64,000 bases of DNA from an uncultured Chloroflexia bacterium (GTDB taxonomy: Bacteria > Chloroflexota > Limnocylindria > Limnocylindrales > CSP1-4). The position numbers and the translations under genes are program-made. Shown one piece after another: positions 49,335 to 59,803 of this stretch; the first letter of the stretch is position 1; every line of letters begins with the position of its first letter. The notes under the pieces are model-generated. The model saw only the letters and a program-made list of their open reading frames with translations, ran no database searches and was not told where the DNA came from. Location of the stretch: positions 736,001 through 800,000 of the forward strand of contig CAWHDR010000001.1 of assembly GCA_963828165.1 (NCBI GenBank), in the 5' to 3' direction.

Positions 49335-50543
49335 CTACGGCGCGGCCGACGCCCCGACTTCGATGCCCGTTCGAGCGGTCGCGCGCACCGATTCCAGGGC
49401 ATCCGCAGCGGCTGCCGCCCCGCCGGCCCGGGCGAAACCAGCGGCGATCCCTTCGGCGCCGGCCCGCATCGACATGGTCGTCCGGATGGCAGTGCGGAGC
49501 GACGCGGGGTCGAGCTCGTCGGGCATGATCATCGTCCCGCCACCAGCATCGGCCACTCGCCGCGCGACCTCGGACTGGTCTCGCCCGAAGGGCACGACGC
49601 AGACCGGCACGCCGGCCGCCAGGGCCTTCTGCGTGATGCCCATGCCCCCGTGGCTGACGACGCAGGCCGCCTTGCGTAGCACCGGCCCGTGCGGCAGCCA
49701 GCGCTCGACTCGTGCATTGGGCGGGGCGTCGAAACGTTCGGGGTCGTGTGCCGCCGTGGTGATGACGACGCGGACGTCCTCCGAGCGCAATGCCTCCAGC
49801 GCAACCTCGACCAGCGTGTCGTCGCGCTGGTACTCACTCGACGCGCTGACGAGCACGAGTGGTGCATCGATGTCGTCGAGCCAATCGGGTTCCTCGGTTG
49901 GTGGCTCCCACAGACCCGGGCCGACGAGCCGGAACGAGGCCGGCAGGCCGAACTCCGCGACCTCGAACGGTGGCGCGGTGAAGTAGAGGTAGAGCGGCGC
50001 ACGCCACGCGTCCATGGGATCCGTGACGGGTGCGAGCCCGAGTCGAAGCCGAGGCGCATTCAGGACGTCCATCCCGGCCGGAGCGAGGGTGAACGGGATC
50101 AGGGTCGGCTCGACCGCCTCGCCCGGCACCAGGCCGAAGTGCTGGAAGAACGGGATCGACTGCGCCCAGGGGAGGCCGGTCGATTCGGCGACTGCTGTGG
50201 CACCGGTCGTGGTGACATCGACCAACAGCATCTCGGGATCCACGTGGGCGATCGCGCGCTGGAAGTCGGGCACCTCATGGGTCGCTCGCTCGGCGAACGT
50301 GCGGAATCCTCCGGCAAGGGCTTCGATGGGCGTGCTCCACCTCCAGTCGTCCAATGGCACCGCCTCGATCGCGGCGTCGATCGCTTCGGCTTCGAGGCCG
50401 AGCGCCTTCAGGGCGGACACCTCGGACGCGAGGGTTCGTACATGGACTTCGTGGCCGCGGTCGCGCAGCTCGAGCAGGGTCGCGACGATCGGGTAGAGGT
50501 GCCCGCGGGCGGGCGAGGTGTACGCCAGGTAACGCGTCATCAC
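49335..50543 (-). CDS. GT1 (MGT/UGT-like) glycosyltransferase
   Basis: GHLYP, WLPH..VL, SHGGMG, P...DQ. Confidence 0.88.
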   Translation of the reverse strand: MMTRYLAYTSPARGHLYPIVATLLELRDRGHEVHVRTLASEVSALKALGLEAEAIDAAIEAVPLDDWRWSTPIEALAGGFRTFAERATHEVPDFQRAIAHVDPEMLLVDVTTTGATAVAESTGLPWAQSIPFFQHFGLVPGEAVEPTLIPFTLAPAGMDVLNAPRLRLGLAPVTDPMDAWRAPLYLYFTAPPFEVAEFGLPASFRLVGPGLWEPPTEEPDWLDDIDAPLVLVSASSEYQRDDTLVEVALEALRSEDVRVVITTAAHDPERFDAPPNARVERWLPHGPVLRKAACVVSHGGMGITQKALAAGVPVCVVPFGRDQSEVARRVADAGGGTMIMPDELDPASLRTAIRTTMSMRAGAEGIAAGFARAGGAAAAADALESVRATARTGIEVGASAAP

Positions 50544-51145
50544 GCTTCTCCTTTCATTGCCTCGATGAGCTCGATGAGCGTTCGCTCGGTCTCGGTCTGG
50601 CTGAGCCCGAGATCGAGGCGAAGCAGCTTCCAGGTGTAGACGTCCGTGATCGCCACGAGACCGATGACCCGACGCTCACGCCTGGCCCCGCGCCGGCCGA
50701 CGAGCAGCGACGCGAAGGTGCGCTCGACCCATCCCCGGTGGTATCGGCGCCCGATCTCGGCACTTTCACGCACGACCGGGATTCGGTGTTCCTGGGAGAT
50801 CATCCGCAGCCGGTTGTTGCCCCAGCGCTCGTAGTGCGCGATCAGGTTGCGGATGGCCCCGCCGATATCGCCGACTGGAGCAGCATCGCGCTGACGCATC
50901 TCGTCCTCGCCGCCATGGGCCATGGCCCGCGAGAACAGCTCCTCCTTGGAGCCGAACCGTCGAAGGACGGTCCGCTTCGTGACGCCCGCTCGCTCGGCGA
51001 TCAGCTCGAGGGAGACGTCCTCGTAGGGTTCGTCCGTGAACAAGAGGAGCGCCGCCTCGAGGACGCCGGTCGCCGTCGCTTCGGCCGCCACGCGCCGGGT
51101 TTCCATCCGGTATGGACGTCGGGCGACCGCCTTGGCCGATTTCAT
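50540..51145 (-). CDS. TetR-family regulator (start 51145 or 51154)
   Basis: IAERAGVT.RTV.R.FGSKEEL. Confidence 0.9.
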   Translation of the reverse strand: MKSAKAVARRPYRMETRRVAAEATATGVLEAALLLFTDEPYEDVSLELIAERAGVTKRTVLRRFGSKEELFSRAMAHGGEDEMRQRDAAPVGDIGGAIRNLIAHYERWGNNRLRMISQEHRIPVVRESAEIGRRYHRGWVERTFASLLVGRRGARRERRVIGLVAITDVYTWKLLRLDLGLSQTETERTLIELIEAMKGEA

Positions 51146-51182
51146 GTCACTCATGGTGACATCAACTAGAGAACGGTGTCAA
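51144..51182 (-). promoter_or_regulatory. tetR promoter with operator palindrome
   Basis: TTGACA (51177-51182) -N18- CACCAT; ATGTCAC-N5-GTGACAT (51144-51162) overlaps the -10 and start codon. Confidence 0.7.
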
Positions 51183-51225
51183 GCCCTTTCACGGAGCCGG
51201 AAGCGGTTGCCCCGTCGCCGGTCGC

Positions 51226-52650
51226 CTAGGGCGTGCTGACGAGGCCGGTCGTGTTGACGACCTCCAGGTCGCGGCCCGTGATGTCGTCGAGCTCGTGGAG
51301 CACGTCATCGTCGAACCGCGGGTCGCTCATCCCGCTGACGTACCAGGGCGACCCGTTGTCGGCGAGGATCATCCCGTACCGCTTGAGCGCGACCGCGATC
51401 ACTTTGGCCTGCAGCGAGAGGCCGGCGGTGCTGTAGCTCGACTTCAAGCGGACACGCAGGCCCATGGGCGGCAGGGACGCCGACGTGGATCGGCCAGCCT
51501 GGTGCCGTGCCGGAAAGATGTAGGACTGCCGGGTCCGGTTGGTCGTGAACCGAAGCGCGTGCCGGATGACACCGGTCGCGACCTCGTCATAACGGACGAG
51601 CCCCGGGAGGATCGGCAGGCCGGCTGCATCGGCACTCGTCCAGCCGGCCGGACGGAGGGCGTTCGAGCGCAGATCCCAGGTCGCCCCGCTGCCGGCTCGC
51701 CACGCACCGCCGACACGGGCGGCCGCGAACAGCTCGAACAGGCGGCAGCTGTCCTTGTCGAGCATCAGGATGTGGCGATCGCCGCCGGCGTCGGCGCCAC
51801 CCTCGATGAGCGGCGAGGCAGGGATCGGATAGCCGACGTGGTCCGACTCGTCGTCGTACTCGAAGGTCACGGTCGACAGCGGCGTCGATGCCGAAACGAC
51901 CTGGTACGGGATGCCGTACCCCGCGTACGAGCCGAAGTCCATGTGCAGGCCGCGGTCGAGGCCGATCGCCCCGATCATCGTCGAAGAGTTCGATGCCACC
52001 GCGCGGCCGTCGATGCGGGTGTTCCAGACGTTGCCGGCGGGGAGGATCGGGCAGGAGGCCGCGCCCGGCAGGGACGGGGACGCGTCGACGCGCCCGGCCG
52101 GGTGGCTGTCGGCAGTGCGCGGATCCGTCCCAGCACTGACCTCCGTGCCATCGCGGTAGCCGTCGTTGTCGGTGTCGGATCGGGCAGGGTGCGTGCTGCG
52201 GGTCTGCTCCTCGAGGTTGCGCAGCCCGTCGCCGTCGCGATCCTCGCTCGGGTCGGCCACGCCGTTCCCGTCCGTGTCCGCCAAGCGGGGGTGGAGGACC
52301 GCCCGGAACTCCGTCCAGTTCCACAGGCCGTCGGCGTCGGCGTCCTCGCGATCGTCGCGGGTGCCGTCCTTGTCGGAGTCCGCGGTCCGGGGCCGCGTGT
52401 AGGTCGTCCGCTCATGCAGGTTCGTCAGGAGGTCCCCATCGAGGTCCTCCGTGCCGTCCATGATCCCGTCGCCATCGGTGTCCCGCAGCGATGGGCTGGT
52501 CTTGGTCCATTCGAGCTCGTACGCGTCCGGCAGCCCGTCGCCGTCCGTGTCCGAGGTGGCTGCCGAGGCCGCTCCGCCGCTCCACGCAACCGTCGACACG
52601 ACGAGCGCCGTCAGGACGAGGGGGCGGTGGGCGAAGCGGGACCTCGGCAT
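51226..52650 (-). CDS. secreted protein with DxDxDG Ca-binding (TSP3-like) repeats and an uncharacterised C-terminal domain
   Basis: Signal peptide ending ASA; about 8 D(T/S/R/A/L)DxDG-type repeats; C-terminal SADAAGLPILPGLVRYDE..HALRFT..YGMILADNG. Confidence 0.75.
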   Translation of the reverse strand: MPRSRFAHRPLVLTALVVSTVAWSGGAASAATSDTDGDGLPDAYELEWTKTSPSLRDTDGDGIMDGTEDLDGDLLTNLHERTTYTRPRTADSDKDGTRDDREDADADGLWNWTEFRAVLHPRLADTDGNGVADPSEDRDGDGLRNLEEQTRSTHPARSDTDNDGYRDGTEVSAGTDPRTADSHPAGRVDASPSLPGAASCPILPAGNVWNTRIDGRAVASNSSTMIGAIGLDRGLHMDFGSYAGYGIPYQVVSASTPLSTVTFEYDDESDHVGYPIPASPLIEGGADAGGDRHILMLDKDSCRLFELFAAARVGGAWRAGSGATWDLRSNALRPAGWTSADAAGLPILPGLVRYDEVATGVIRHALRFTTNRTRQSYIFPARHQAGRSTSASLPPMGLRVRLKSSYSTAGLSLQAKVIAVALKRYGMILADNGSPWYVSGMSDPRFDDDVLHELDDITGRDLEVVNTTGLVSTP

Positions 52651-52753
52651 CTGCTGAGGGTCGGCCACGAGGCTCAGCGTGGCCCCTCGTCCAAGGTCCC
52701 GATCGGTCCGGACGATAGGCCGGTTCCGGGGCGCACCGTCGCGAGTCGCGGGA

Positions 52754-53515
52754 CTACGCGCGGTCGGCCGCCGCCAGCATCGCCTTGGCGCCCGCGCTGA
52801 CGAACGAGCCCTCCGAGCCCAGCCCGATGAACCGGAACCCGAGCTCCTGGTGGCGGGCCAGCGCCGTCGTGTCGTAGAGCAGGATCCCGGCGGCCTTTCC
52901 ATGACGCTTGCACGCGTCCGTCACCGTTCGCAACGCGGCGAGGTACGTCTCGTCGTCGAAACGGCCGGGGACTCGGAGCGCGTGCGAGAGGTCGGCTGGA
53001 CCCACGAACAACACGTCCACCTCGTCCATCGATGCGATCTCATCGGCGGCGGCAACCGCTCCCCGGGATTCGATCTGGACGATGCCGACCACGCGGTCGT
53101 TCACGACCCGCGCGACGTCTGCGTGGGCGAGAGCGCCCATGTCGGCGCCGCGGGTTCGCAACGCCAGGCCGCGAGAACCCACCGGCGGATAGCGCAGGTA
53201 CGCGACCGCCTGACGTACCTCGTTCGCGGACTGCAGCTGGGGCAGCATGACCCCGGCGGCACCCAGGTCCAGCGCCCGCCCGATCCGGAGCCGCTCGGCC
53301 GACTGCGGACGGACGATCGGGGCCATCGGAGTCGTCCCCACCGCATACAGGAGGGCGAGCAAGTCCGCCTCCGTCGCGGTCCCGTGCTCGAGGTCCAGGA
53401 CGGTCCAGTCGAAGCCGGCGTTGCCACACAGCTCCGCGGCGAGTGGCGAAGCGAGATCGGAGAAGACGCCGATCAGCGTCTCGCCGGCGCGGATACGGGT
53501 TCGAAGGTCGGTCAT
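52754..53515 (-). CDS. HpcH/HpaI aldolase family protein
   Basis: DLEHG, RALDLGA.G, RYPP.G.RG, QIE, FVGPADLS. Confidence 0.9.
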   Translation of the reverse strand: MTDLRTRIRAGETLIGVFSDLASPLAAELCGNAGFDWTVLDLEHGTATEADLLALLYAVGTTPMAPIVRPQSAERLRIGRALDLGAAGVMLPQLQSANEVRQAVAYLRYPPVGSRGLALRTRGADMGALAHADVARVVNDRVVGIVQIESRGAVAAADEIASMDEVDVLFVGPADLSHALRVPGRFDDETYLAALRTVTDACKRHGKAAGILLYDTTALARHQELGFRFIGLGSEGSFVSAGAKAMLAAADRA

Positions 53516-53687
53516 CGGAAGATGATGGCGGGTCGGCCGGCGGTCTGTCGGGCTCCGACGACGGGCGTATCGCGTCGCTGCGACGAAACGGCACCAGCGC
53601 ATACTCCGCCGCGGAATGAACCTTGTCCTCGCTGCGACCATCTGTTGAGGTGAAGCGCCCCGTCGGGGCGTCGCTGGGGTGCCGCGC

Positions 53688-54239
53688 ATGCGGACGAGAC
53701 TGGTCGAACGAGCGAGGGAGGGCGACGACTCCGCCTTCACCGAACTCGTCGACCTCGATGGCAACGTGTGCTACGCGATCGCGTACCGCATCCTGCGCGA
53801 TGCGGAACGGGCGCAGGACGCCGTCCAGCAGGCGTTCCTCCTCGCCTGGCGCGAGCTCCCACAGCTCCGCGACCCGGAACGGTTCGGACCATGGCTCCAC
53901 CGGCTGCTCGTCAACGCCTGCTATGACGAGCTGCGGCGGCACAAGCGCTGGAGCTCGCGTATCCGGGCCCTGCCGCTGGACGGACCCGGCGGGCCGGACC
54001 CGATGCTGACCGTGGAAGATCGGGACCAGCTCGACCGAGCCTTCGCGCGCCTGACGCCGCAGCATCGCGCGGTCTTCGTTCTTCACCACCACGCCGGCCT
54101 TCCGTTGGCCGAGATCGCCGACGCGGTCGGCGTGCCAGTCGGCACCGTCAAGTCACGACTTCATCACGCCACCAGCGCCTTGCGCGCGGCCATCGCGGCC
54201 GACAGTCGCGTCGACAGCGGGGAGGTACGACTCGCATGA
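53688..54239 (+). CDS. ECF RNA polymerase sigma factor
   Basis: AQDAVQ.AF..AW, F..WL.R...N, EIA..GVPVGTVKSRLH. Confidence 0.93.
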   Translation: MRTRLVERAREGDDSAFTELVDLDGNVCYAIAYRILRDAERAQDAVQQAFLLAWRELPQLRDPERFGPWLHRLLVNACYDELRRHKRWSSRIRALPLDGPGGPDPMLTVEDRDQLDRAFARLTPQHRAVFVLHHHAGLPLAEIADAVGVPVGTVKSRLHHATSALRAAIAADSRVDSGEVRLA

Positions 54240-55081
54240 ATCCGACGCGCGAGGGAAGCGCCATCGTCGCCGCCTGGCTCGAGGAAGGGCCTAACGAACT
54301 GCCCGAGTCCACCCGCCGGGCGATCGCGGTCGACGTCCGAACGACCCGCCAGTCCCGACGTTCCCCGTGGTTTCCATTTCGGTTTCGGGTCGCGGATCGG
54401 CTGTCAGTGGCCGCGCTGGCCGCCGTGGCGGTGATGGCGTTGGTCATCGGTGGGCTGGTCGTGCGCCCGTTCACGTCAAACGGAAGCAACGTCGGCGGAC
54501 CGCCTCCGGCCCCGTCAGCGTCGCCAACGGCGATGTCGGCGCTGTACGTCTCCGGGCGCCATGGCTACTCCATCAGGTATCCCGCTGACTGGTCCGTGGA
54601 GGGGGCGACCGAGGCGTGGTCGCCCCCTGATTGGAAGGCGGCCACTTCGCTCGGCCAACCATTCGACTTCATCAGTGATGGGGGCCAGCCGCCGATCCTC
54701 CGGGCGGCTTCCGCGCCCCTCCCGGACGGCGTGGCGAATGTGGACGACTGGATCGACGAGTTCCTCATCTTCGGCGACCCGAACTGCGTGCCACCGCGCG
54801 AGACGCAGGAGGAGGTCAGCATCGACGGGGCGCCGGGGCGTATTTGGGATAGCTGCGGCGAGGTCGAGGCCACCATCGTCCTCGATGGCCGCGTCTATAT
54901 GTTCACGCTATTCCTCGGCAGCGATCTGGCGACGAACGGCCGCGCGATATTCGACGCGCTCGCCGCGACCATCGACCTGCGCCCGGAAGACGCCGTGCTC
55001 CCGAGCCCGAGTTCGAGTCCCGACGCCCAGACGGTCGGTGGGCGGGTCAGTCGGGAAATGCCTCGGGACCGCGCTCGCTGA
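54236..55081 (+). CDS. putative membrane anti-sigma factor
   Basis: ATGA-coupled to the ECF gene; short cytoplasmic N-terminus, one TM, extracellular YP.DW domain. Confidence 0.65.
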   Translation: MNPTREGSAIVAAWLEEGPNELPESTRRAIAVDVRTTRQSRRSPWFPFRFRVADRLSVAALAAVAVMALVIGGLVVRPFTSNGSNVGGPPPAPSASPTAMSALYVSGRHGYSIRYPADWSVEGATEAWSPPDWKAATSLGQPFDFISDGGQPPILRAASAPLPDGVANVDDWIDEFLIFGDPNCVPPRETQEEVSIDGAPGRIWDSCGEVEATIVLDGRVYMFTLFLGSDLATNGRAIFDALAATIDLRPEDAVLPSPSSSPDAQTVGGRVSREMPRDRAR

Positions 55082-56270
55082 GCTCTGCGGCCTCGCCAGT
55101 GGCGTCCTCGGGCGGCAGCCATGAATAGGGATATCGATCGTCGTCGAGGTCCATCGCCGCCTGGGTGACGTGCAGCGGATGGAAGGTATCGACCATCACC
55201 GCCAGTTCCTCGGTGGCCTCCTTGCCGATGGACGCCTCCACCGTGCCAGGGTGTGGACCGTGCGGGATCCCTGCTGGGTGGAGCGTGAACGACGCGATCT
55301 CCACGCCACGCCGGCTCATGAAATTGCCCGCCACGTAGTAGATGACCTCGTCCGAGTTGATGTTGGAGTGGTTGTACGGCGCCGGGATGGCGAGCGGATG
55401 GTAGTCGAACTTGCGCGGCACGAAGGAGCACACGACGAAGTTGCGTGCCTGGAACGTCTGGTGGACGGGCGGTGGCTGGTGGACGCGACCGGTGATGGGC
55501 TGGAAGTCGCCGATGTTGAAGCGGAACGGCCACAGGTACCCATCCCAGCCGACGACGTCGAACGGGTGGTGCCGGTAGTGATAGGCCGTGATCCGGTCGG
55601 ACGAGCGGACGTGGATGACGAAGTCGCCGTGCTCATCTCGCGGCGCGACCTCGTTTGGGGCGTGCAGGTCGCGCTGCGAGTACGGGGCGTGCTCGAGGAG
55701 CTGGCCGTAGTCGTTGCGATAGCGCTTCGGCGGCTCGATGACCGACGGCGCCTCGAGATAGAGCATCCGCTGTTCCGAGCCCTCGTCAGGATCGAGCCGC
55801 CAGGTCGTGCCGATCGGCAGCACGAGGTAGTCGCCAGGTCCGTAGCGAAGCGGCCCGAAGACCGTGTCGCACAGGCCGGTCCCCTCGTGAACGAACAGCA
55901 TCTCGTCGGCGATGCCGTTGCGGTAGAAGGTGCCGTCCGCCATCGACTCCGCCGGGCGCACGACGCCGAACACGACGTCACTGTTGAAGTACAGCGGGAC
56001 GCGACCCGTCACGACGTCCCCGTTCGGCAGCACGTCACCGGTCTTGGTCAATCGATGCCGATGGAGGTCGTCGTCCGCAGCCTCGAGACGGATCCTGCTG
56101 ACCGGCTCGATCCGGTGGGCCTGCGTCGGCGGGGTGAGGTGGTACAGCAACGAGCTTCGTCCGGTGAAGCCCTCCATGCCGAACAGCTCCTCGGCGTAGA
56201 GGCTGCCATCCGGCGCACGGTGCTGCGTGTGGCGCTGCTGCGGGACGCTGCCACGGCGGGCGTAGTACAT
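55047..56270 (-). CDS. hmgA: homogentisate 1,2-dioxygenase (short form)
   Basis: EE..G.EGF.G.SSLLYH, HPFDVVGWDG, HQPP..H, PY.H.N..SDE, HGP. Confidence 0.88.
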   Translation of the reverse strand: MYYARRGSVPQQRHTQHRAPDGSLYAEELFGMEGFTGRSSLLYHLTPPTQAHRIEPVSRIRLEAADDDLHRHRLTKTGDVLPNGDVVTGRVPLYFNSDVVFGVVRPAESMADGTFYRNGIADEMLFVHEGTGLCDTVFGPLRYGPGDYLVLPIGTTWRLDPDEGSEQRMLYLEAPSVIEPPKRYRNDYGQLLEHAPYSQRDLHAPNEVAPRDEHGDFVIHVRSSDRITAYHYRHHPFDVVGWDGYLWPFRFNIGDFQPITGRVHQPPPVHQTFQARNFVVCSFVPRKFDYHPLAIPAPYNHSNINSDEVIYYVAGNFMSRRGVEIASFTLHPAGIPHGPHPGTVEASIGKEATEELAVMVDTFHPLHVTQAAMDLDDDRYPYSWLPPEDATGEAAELSERGPEAFPD

Positions 56271-56399
56271 GGACGACTGGCCTCCTCGCGTGAAGAGGCC
56301 AGTCTAGGTCGCGTGGCGTGCCGCGCAAACGTTCAGCCGAACGGACTAAAGGTTCGCGGCGCCGATCGGCCCGGAAATAAAGGCGAGACGATCCCGAAG

Positions 56400-56444
56400 A
56401 TCGGGAGGTCGCCCGATGGCAGCACCGCCTGCCCGCCCTACGTT
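56400..56444 (+). promoter_or_regulatory. inverted repeat plus -10 element upstream of the small ORF
   Basis: ATCGGG-N6-CCCGAT (56400-56417), 21 nt before TACGTT (56439-56444). Confidence 0.45.
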
Positions 56445-56494
56445 AGGGACATCGCGAAGACCAACGACCGCGATACCGCAACGAGGGAACTCCG

Positions 56495-56677
56495 ATGACC
56501 GCCGAGATCACCATCCTGACCGCCGCTCATGACCATCAGACCGAGCTCCTCGCCGACGCCGAGGCCCGCCGCCTGCTCCGCCGGTCGGCTGCTCCGACGT
56601 CGGGGTCGCAGCCGGTCGCCAGGCAACGACTGAACACGCTGCTTCGCCGGCTTGCCGGCGCGACGTCCTTCGCCTGA
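56495..56677 (+). CDS. 60-aa small protein upstream of the LuxR-ATPase
   Basis: GAGGGA RBS; helical H.H..ELLADAE.RRL motif. Confidence 0.6.
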   Translation: MTAEITILTAAHDHQTELLADAEARRLLRRSAAPTSGSQPVARQRLNTLLRRLAGATSFA

Positions 56678-56721
56678 TCGTGCCGGCCGTCGCTCCGGGA
56701 CGGGAGCGTGGCTCCCGTACC

Positions 56722-59700
56722 ATGAGCCGCGTGACGACGCGCGTCTCGAGCTCGCTCTTCATCGGACGACAGGCCGAGCTGCAACGGATCATGGGGGCCG
56801 TCGAACGCGCCGGGGCCGGGGAGGCGGCCGTCGTTCTCGTGGGTGGCGAGGCCGGCATCGGCAAGACCCGGCTCATGGACGAAGTCGGAGGGCGCTCGCA
56901 GGACTTGGGGGCGCTCCTCCTCGAGGGTGGGTGCGTCAGCCTGGGAGACGGCGGGGGCCTGCCGTTCGCACCGATCGTGGAAGCGCTGCGGCGGCTGCCG
57001 GCGGCACTCGCCGGGGGCAAGTTTGGCGCGATCGACGTCGAAACACTGCGAACCCCCGCCACGGTCGAGCTCGGTCGACTCCTGCCCGAGTTCGGGACGC
57101 CGGCGGCGGCCGATGCCGAAGGCCCCGGACGCCCGGAATGGATCCAGGCCAGGATCTTCGAGGGCGTGCTGGCCCTCCTTCGTGGCCTTGGCGAGCGGGC
57201 GCCGGTCGTGTGCGTCCTCGAGGACCTCCACTGGGCCGACAGCTCGACCCGCGATCTCGTGGCGTTCCTGGCTCGCAACGTCCGGACCGAGCCTCTCGTC
57301 GTGATCGGGACGTATCGAACGGATGAGCTACATCGCCGTCATCCCCTCCGGCCCTGGCTGGCGGAGATGGACCGACTCCCGCGGGTACAGCGCATGGAGC
57401 TCGCACGGTTCGGACGCGAGGAGCTCAGCGCACAGGTGGAAGCGATCATCGGGCACGCCCCCGAGACCGAACTCCTCGACGCGATCGGGCGGCGGGCCGA
57501 AGGAAACCCGTTCTTCATCGAGGAGTTGCTCGCGGCGGGCGGAGGCACCGCCGTGACCGGGCTGTCGGAAACACTGCGCGAGGTCCTGCTGTCGCGGGTC
57601 TCGGCCCTGTCCGAGGGAGCCCAGCGCATCCTGGGCATCGCGGCTGTGGACGGGCGCTCCGTGGACCCGACGCTGCTCGCGGAGGTCGCTGCACGCCCGG
57701 AGTCGGACCTCGAGGAACCTATCCGCGAGGCCCTCGCGGCGCAGCTTCTCGTCAGCGACATCGACGAAGGGCGGTATCGGTTCCGCCACGCCCTGCTCGC
57801 CGAAGCGGTCTACGACGATCTCCTCCCGTCGGAACGACGCCGGATCCACGCCGCCTATGGGGCGACCCTCGATGCGAGGCCGGTGCCGGACGGCGCCGAA
57901 GGGGCCAGCCTGCTCGCAGCCCTCGCCCACCATGCGACGGCCGCGCACGAGCCCGTCCGTGCCCTGCGCGCCTGGATCGCTGCCGCTCGTGCCGCGGCGG
58001 CCAGCTATGCCTTTGCCGAGAGCGTCCGGTCCTTCGAGCATGCGATCGAGCTGTGGGATGTCGTCCCGGCGGACGACCGCCCCAGCGGCGTTGACGCGTC
58101 GACCTTGCATCACGAGGCGAGCCTGGGGGCGATGATCATCGGCCGCCTGGATCTCGCGGTGGACCTGGCCCGGGTGGCGGTCGAGCTGGTCGATCCCGTC
58201 CGTGATCCCGAACGCTGGGCCGCCGCCAACGAGCGCCTCGCGCGAGCGTCGTGGGTGGCCGGCGCGACCCAGGAGGCGACCGACCTCCTCGAGTCGACGG
58301 CCGCGACGATGGAGCGCTCCGGTCCCTCGCCGGAGCGTGCCCGCGTCCTCGCGGCTCTGGCCGGGGCGTACATGCTGCGCGGCGGACACGCTCGCGCGAT
58401 CCCGGTCGCCGAGGCAGCCATCGACCTCGCCCGATCGACGCATGCGGCGCTGCCGGAAGCGCACGCGATGAGCACGCTCGGAACCAGTCTCTCCCTCATC
58501 GGGCGGTGCGCCCACGGGATCACCGTGTCCCGGGAAGCCTTCGCTCGCAACTTGGCCGACGGCGACATCGACGCCATCGGTCGGGCGTACGCCAACTACA
58601 GCTCGGTCCTGCTCGTCTGCGGTTCATTCGAGGAAAGCCTCGAGGTCGCCGAGGCAGGGGTTGCCTGGGCACGATCCGCTGGCGCGTATGAACAGTACGG
58701 ACGCTTCATCCGATCGAACGTCGCCGAGGCAGAGATCGAGCTTGGCCGATGGGACGCTGCCGAGCAGACGGTCGACGAGCTCGTGGCGGCGAAGGTCTTC
58801 GGCGGGACCCGGATGGGCATCCTCGCCGTCGCGGGCCTGTTCCTCGTGCGGCGCGGTCGCTCGGCCGATGCTCGTCCGCTCCTCGAAGAAGGGAGGGCGC
58901 TCGTGGAGCCGTTGCGGGATGCACAGTTCACTGGGCCGGTGCACGTCGGCTTGATCGAACTGGCATTGACGGATGAAGACGCGATCACCGCGGCGAACGT
59001 CGCGGCCGATGCCCTCGATCGACTGGGGCGGACCGGCGACCACTTCTACGTCACCGAGCTCGCCGCCATAGCCGCTCGCGCCGAAGCCGATGCTGCGAGC
59101 CTGGCTCGTGCGCTCCGCGACGACGCAGGGGCCGCGCGGGCCAGCGCCCGCGCCCGCGATGCCGCGGCGATCCTCGAGCAGATACGGGCCGAGCTGCCCG
59201 GATCGGACGCCTTCGGGGGTCGCCTCGAGAGCATGGTGGCCCTCGCGCTCGCCGAATGCCATCGAGCGGACGGCGACGCGGCACCGGATGCGTGGCGTGC
59301 GGCGGTCGACGCCGCGGATCGGGCCGGCATCGTCTGGCCGATCGCCTACGCGCGGTTCCGGCTTGCAGAGTCGTTGCTCGGGGCGCGCGCGCCACGTCGC
59401 GACGCCGAGGCAGCGCTCGTGGCGGCACATGCGGTAGCGGATGGCCTCGGCGCCGGCCCACTCCGCGGCTGGATCGAAGGGCTCGCTCGCCGGGCGCGGG
59501 TACGGATCGCGGAACCGGCTGCGATCGGCGCCGTGGCAGCGATCGATGGCGTCGTCGATGCGGACCTGCCCTCCGCGGCGGCCGTCGCGCTCGACGGTCT
59601 CGGGCTGACGAGGCGTGAGCTGGAGGTGCTGCCGCTCGTCGCCGCGGGTCACACGAACAAGCGCATCGCGCGAGATCCTGTTCATCAGCGAGAACACGGC

Positions 59701-59803
59701 CGGCGTCCACGTGTCGAACATCCTCGGCAAGCTGGGAGTAGGCACCCGGACGGAAGCGGCCGCCATCGCGGCACGATTGGGGCTCGACCGGGCCGAGGCC
59801 TGA
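56722..59803 (+). CDS. LAL-type (AAA ATPase-TPR-LuxR HTH) regulator, frameshift near 59670 (probable sequencing error)
   Basis: GEAGIGKT, EDLHWAD, GNPFF, FRHAL; LTRRELEVL..G.TNKRIA continues in another frame as EILFISENTAGVHVSNILGKLG. Confidence 0.88.

Noticed and set aside
55047-55081. 35-bp 3' overlap of the anti-sigma and hmgA genes
   Set aside because: Short convergent overlaps are common in GC-rich genomes; the tail is low-information
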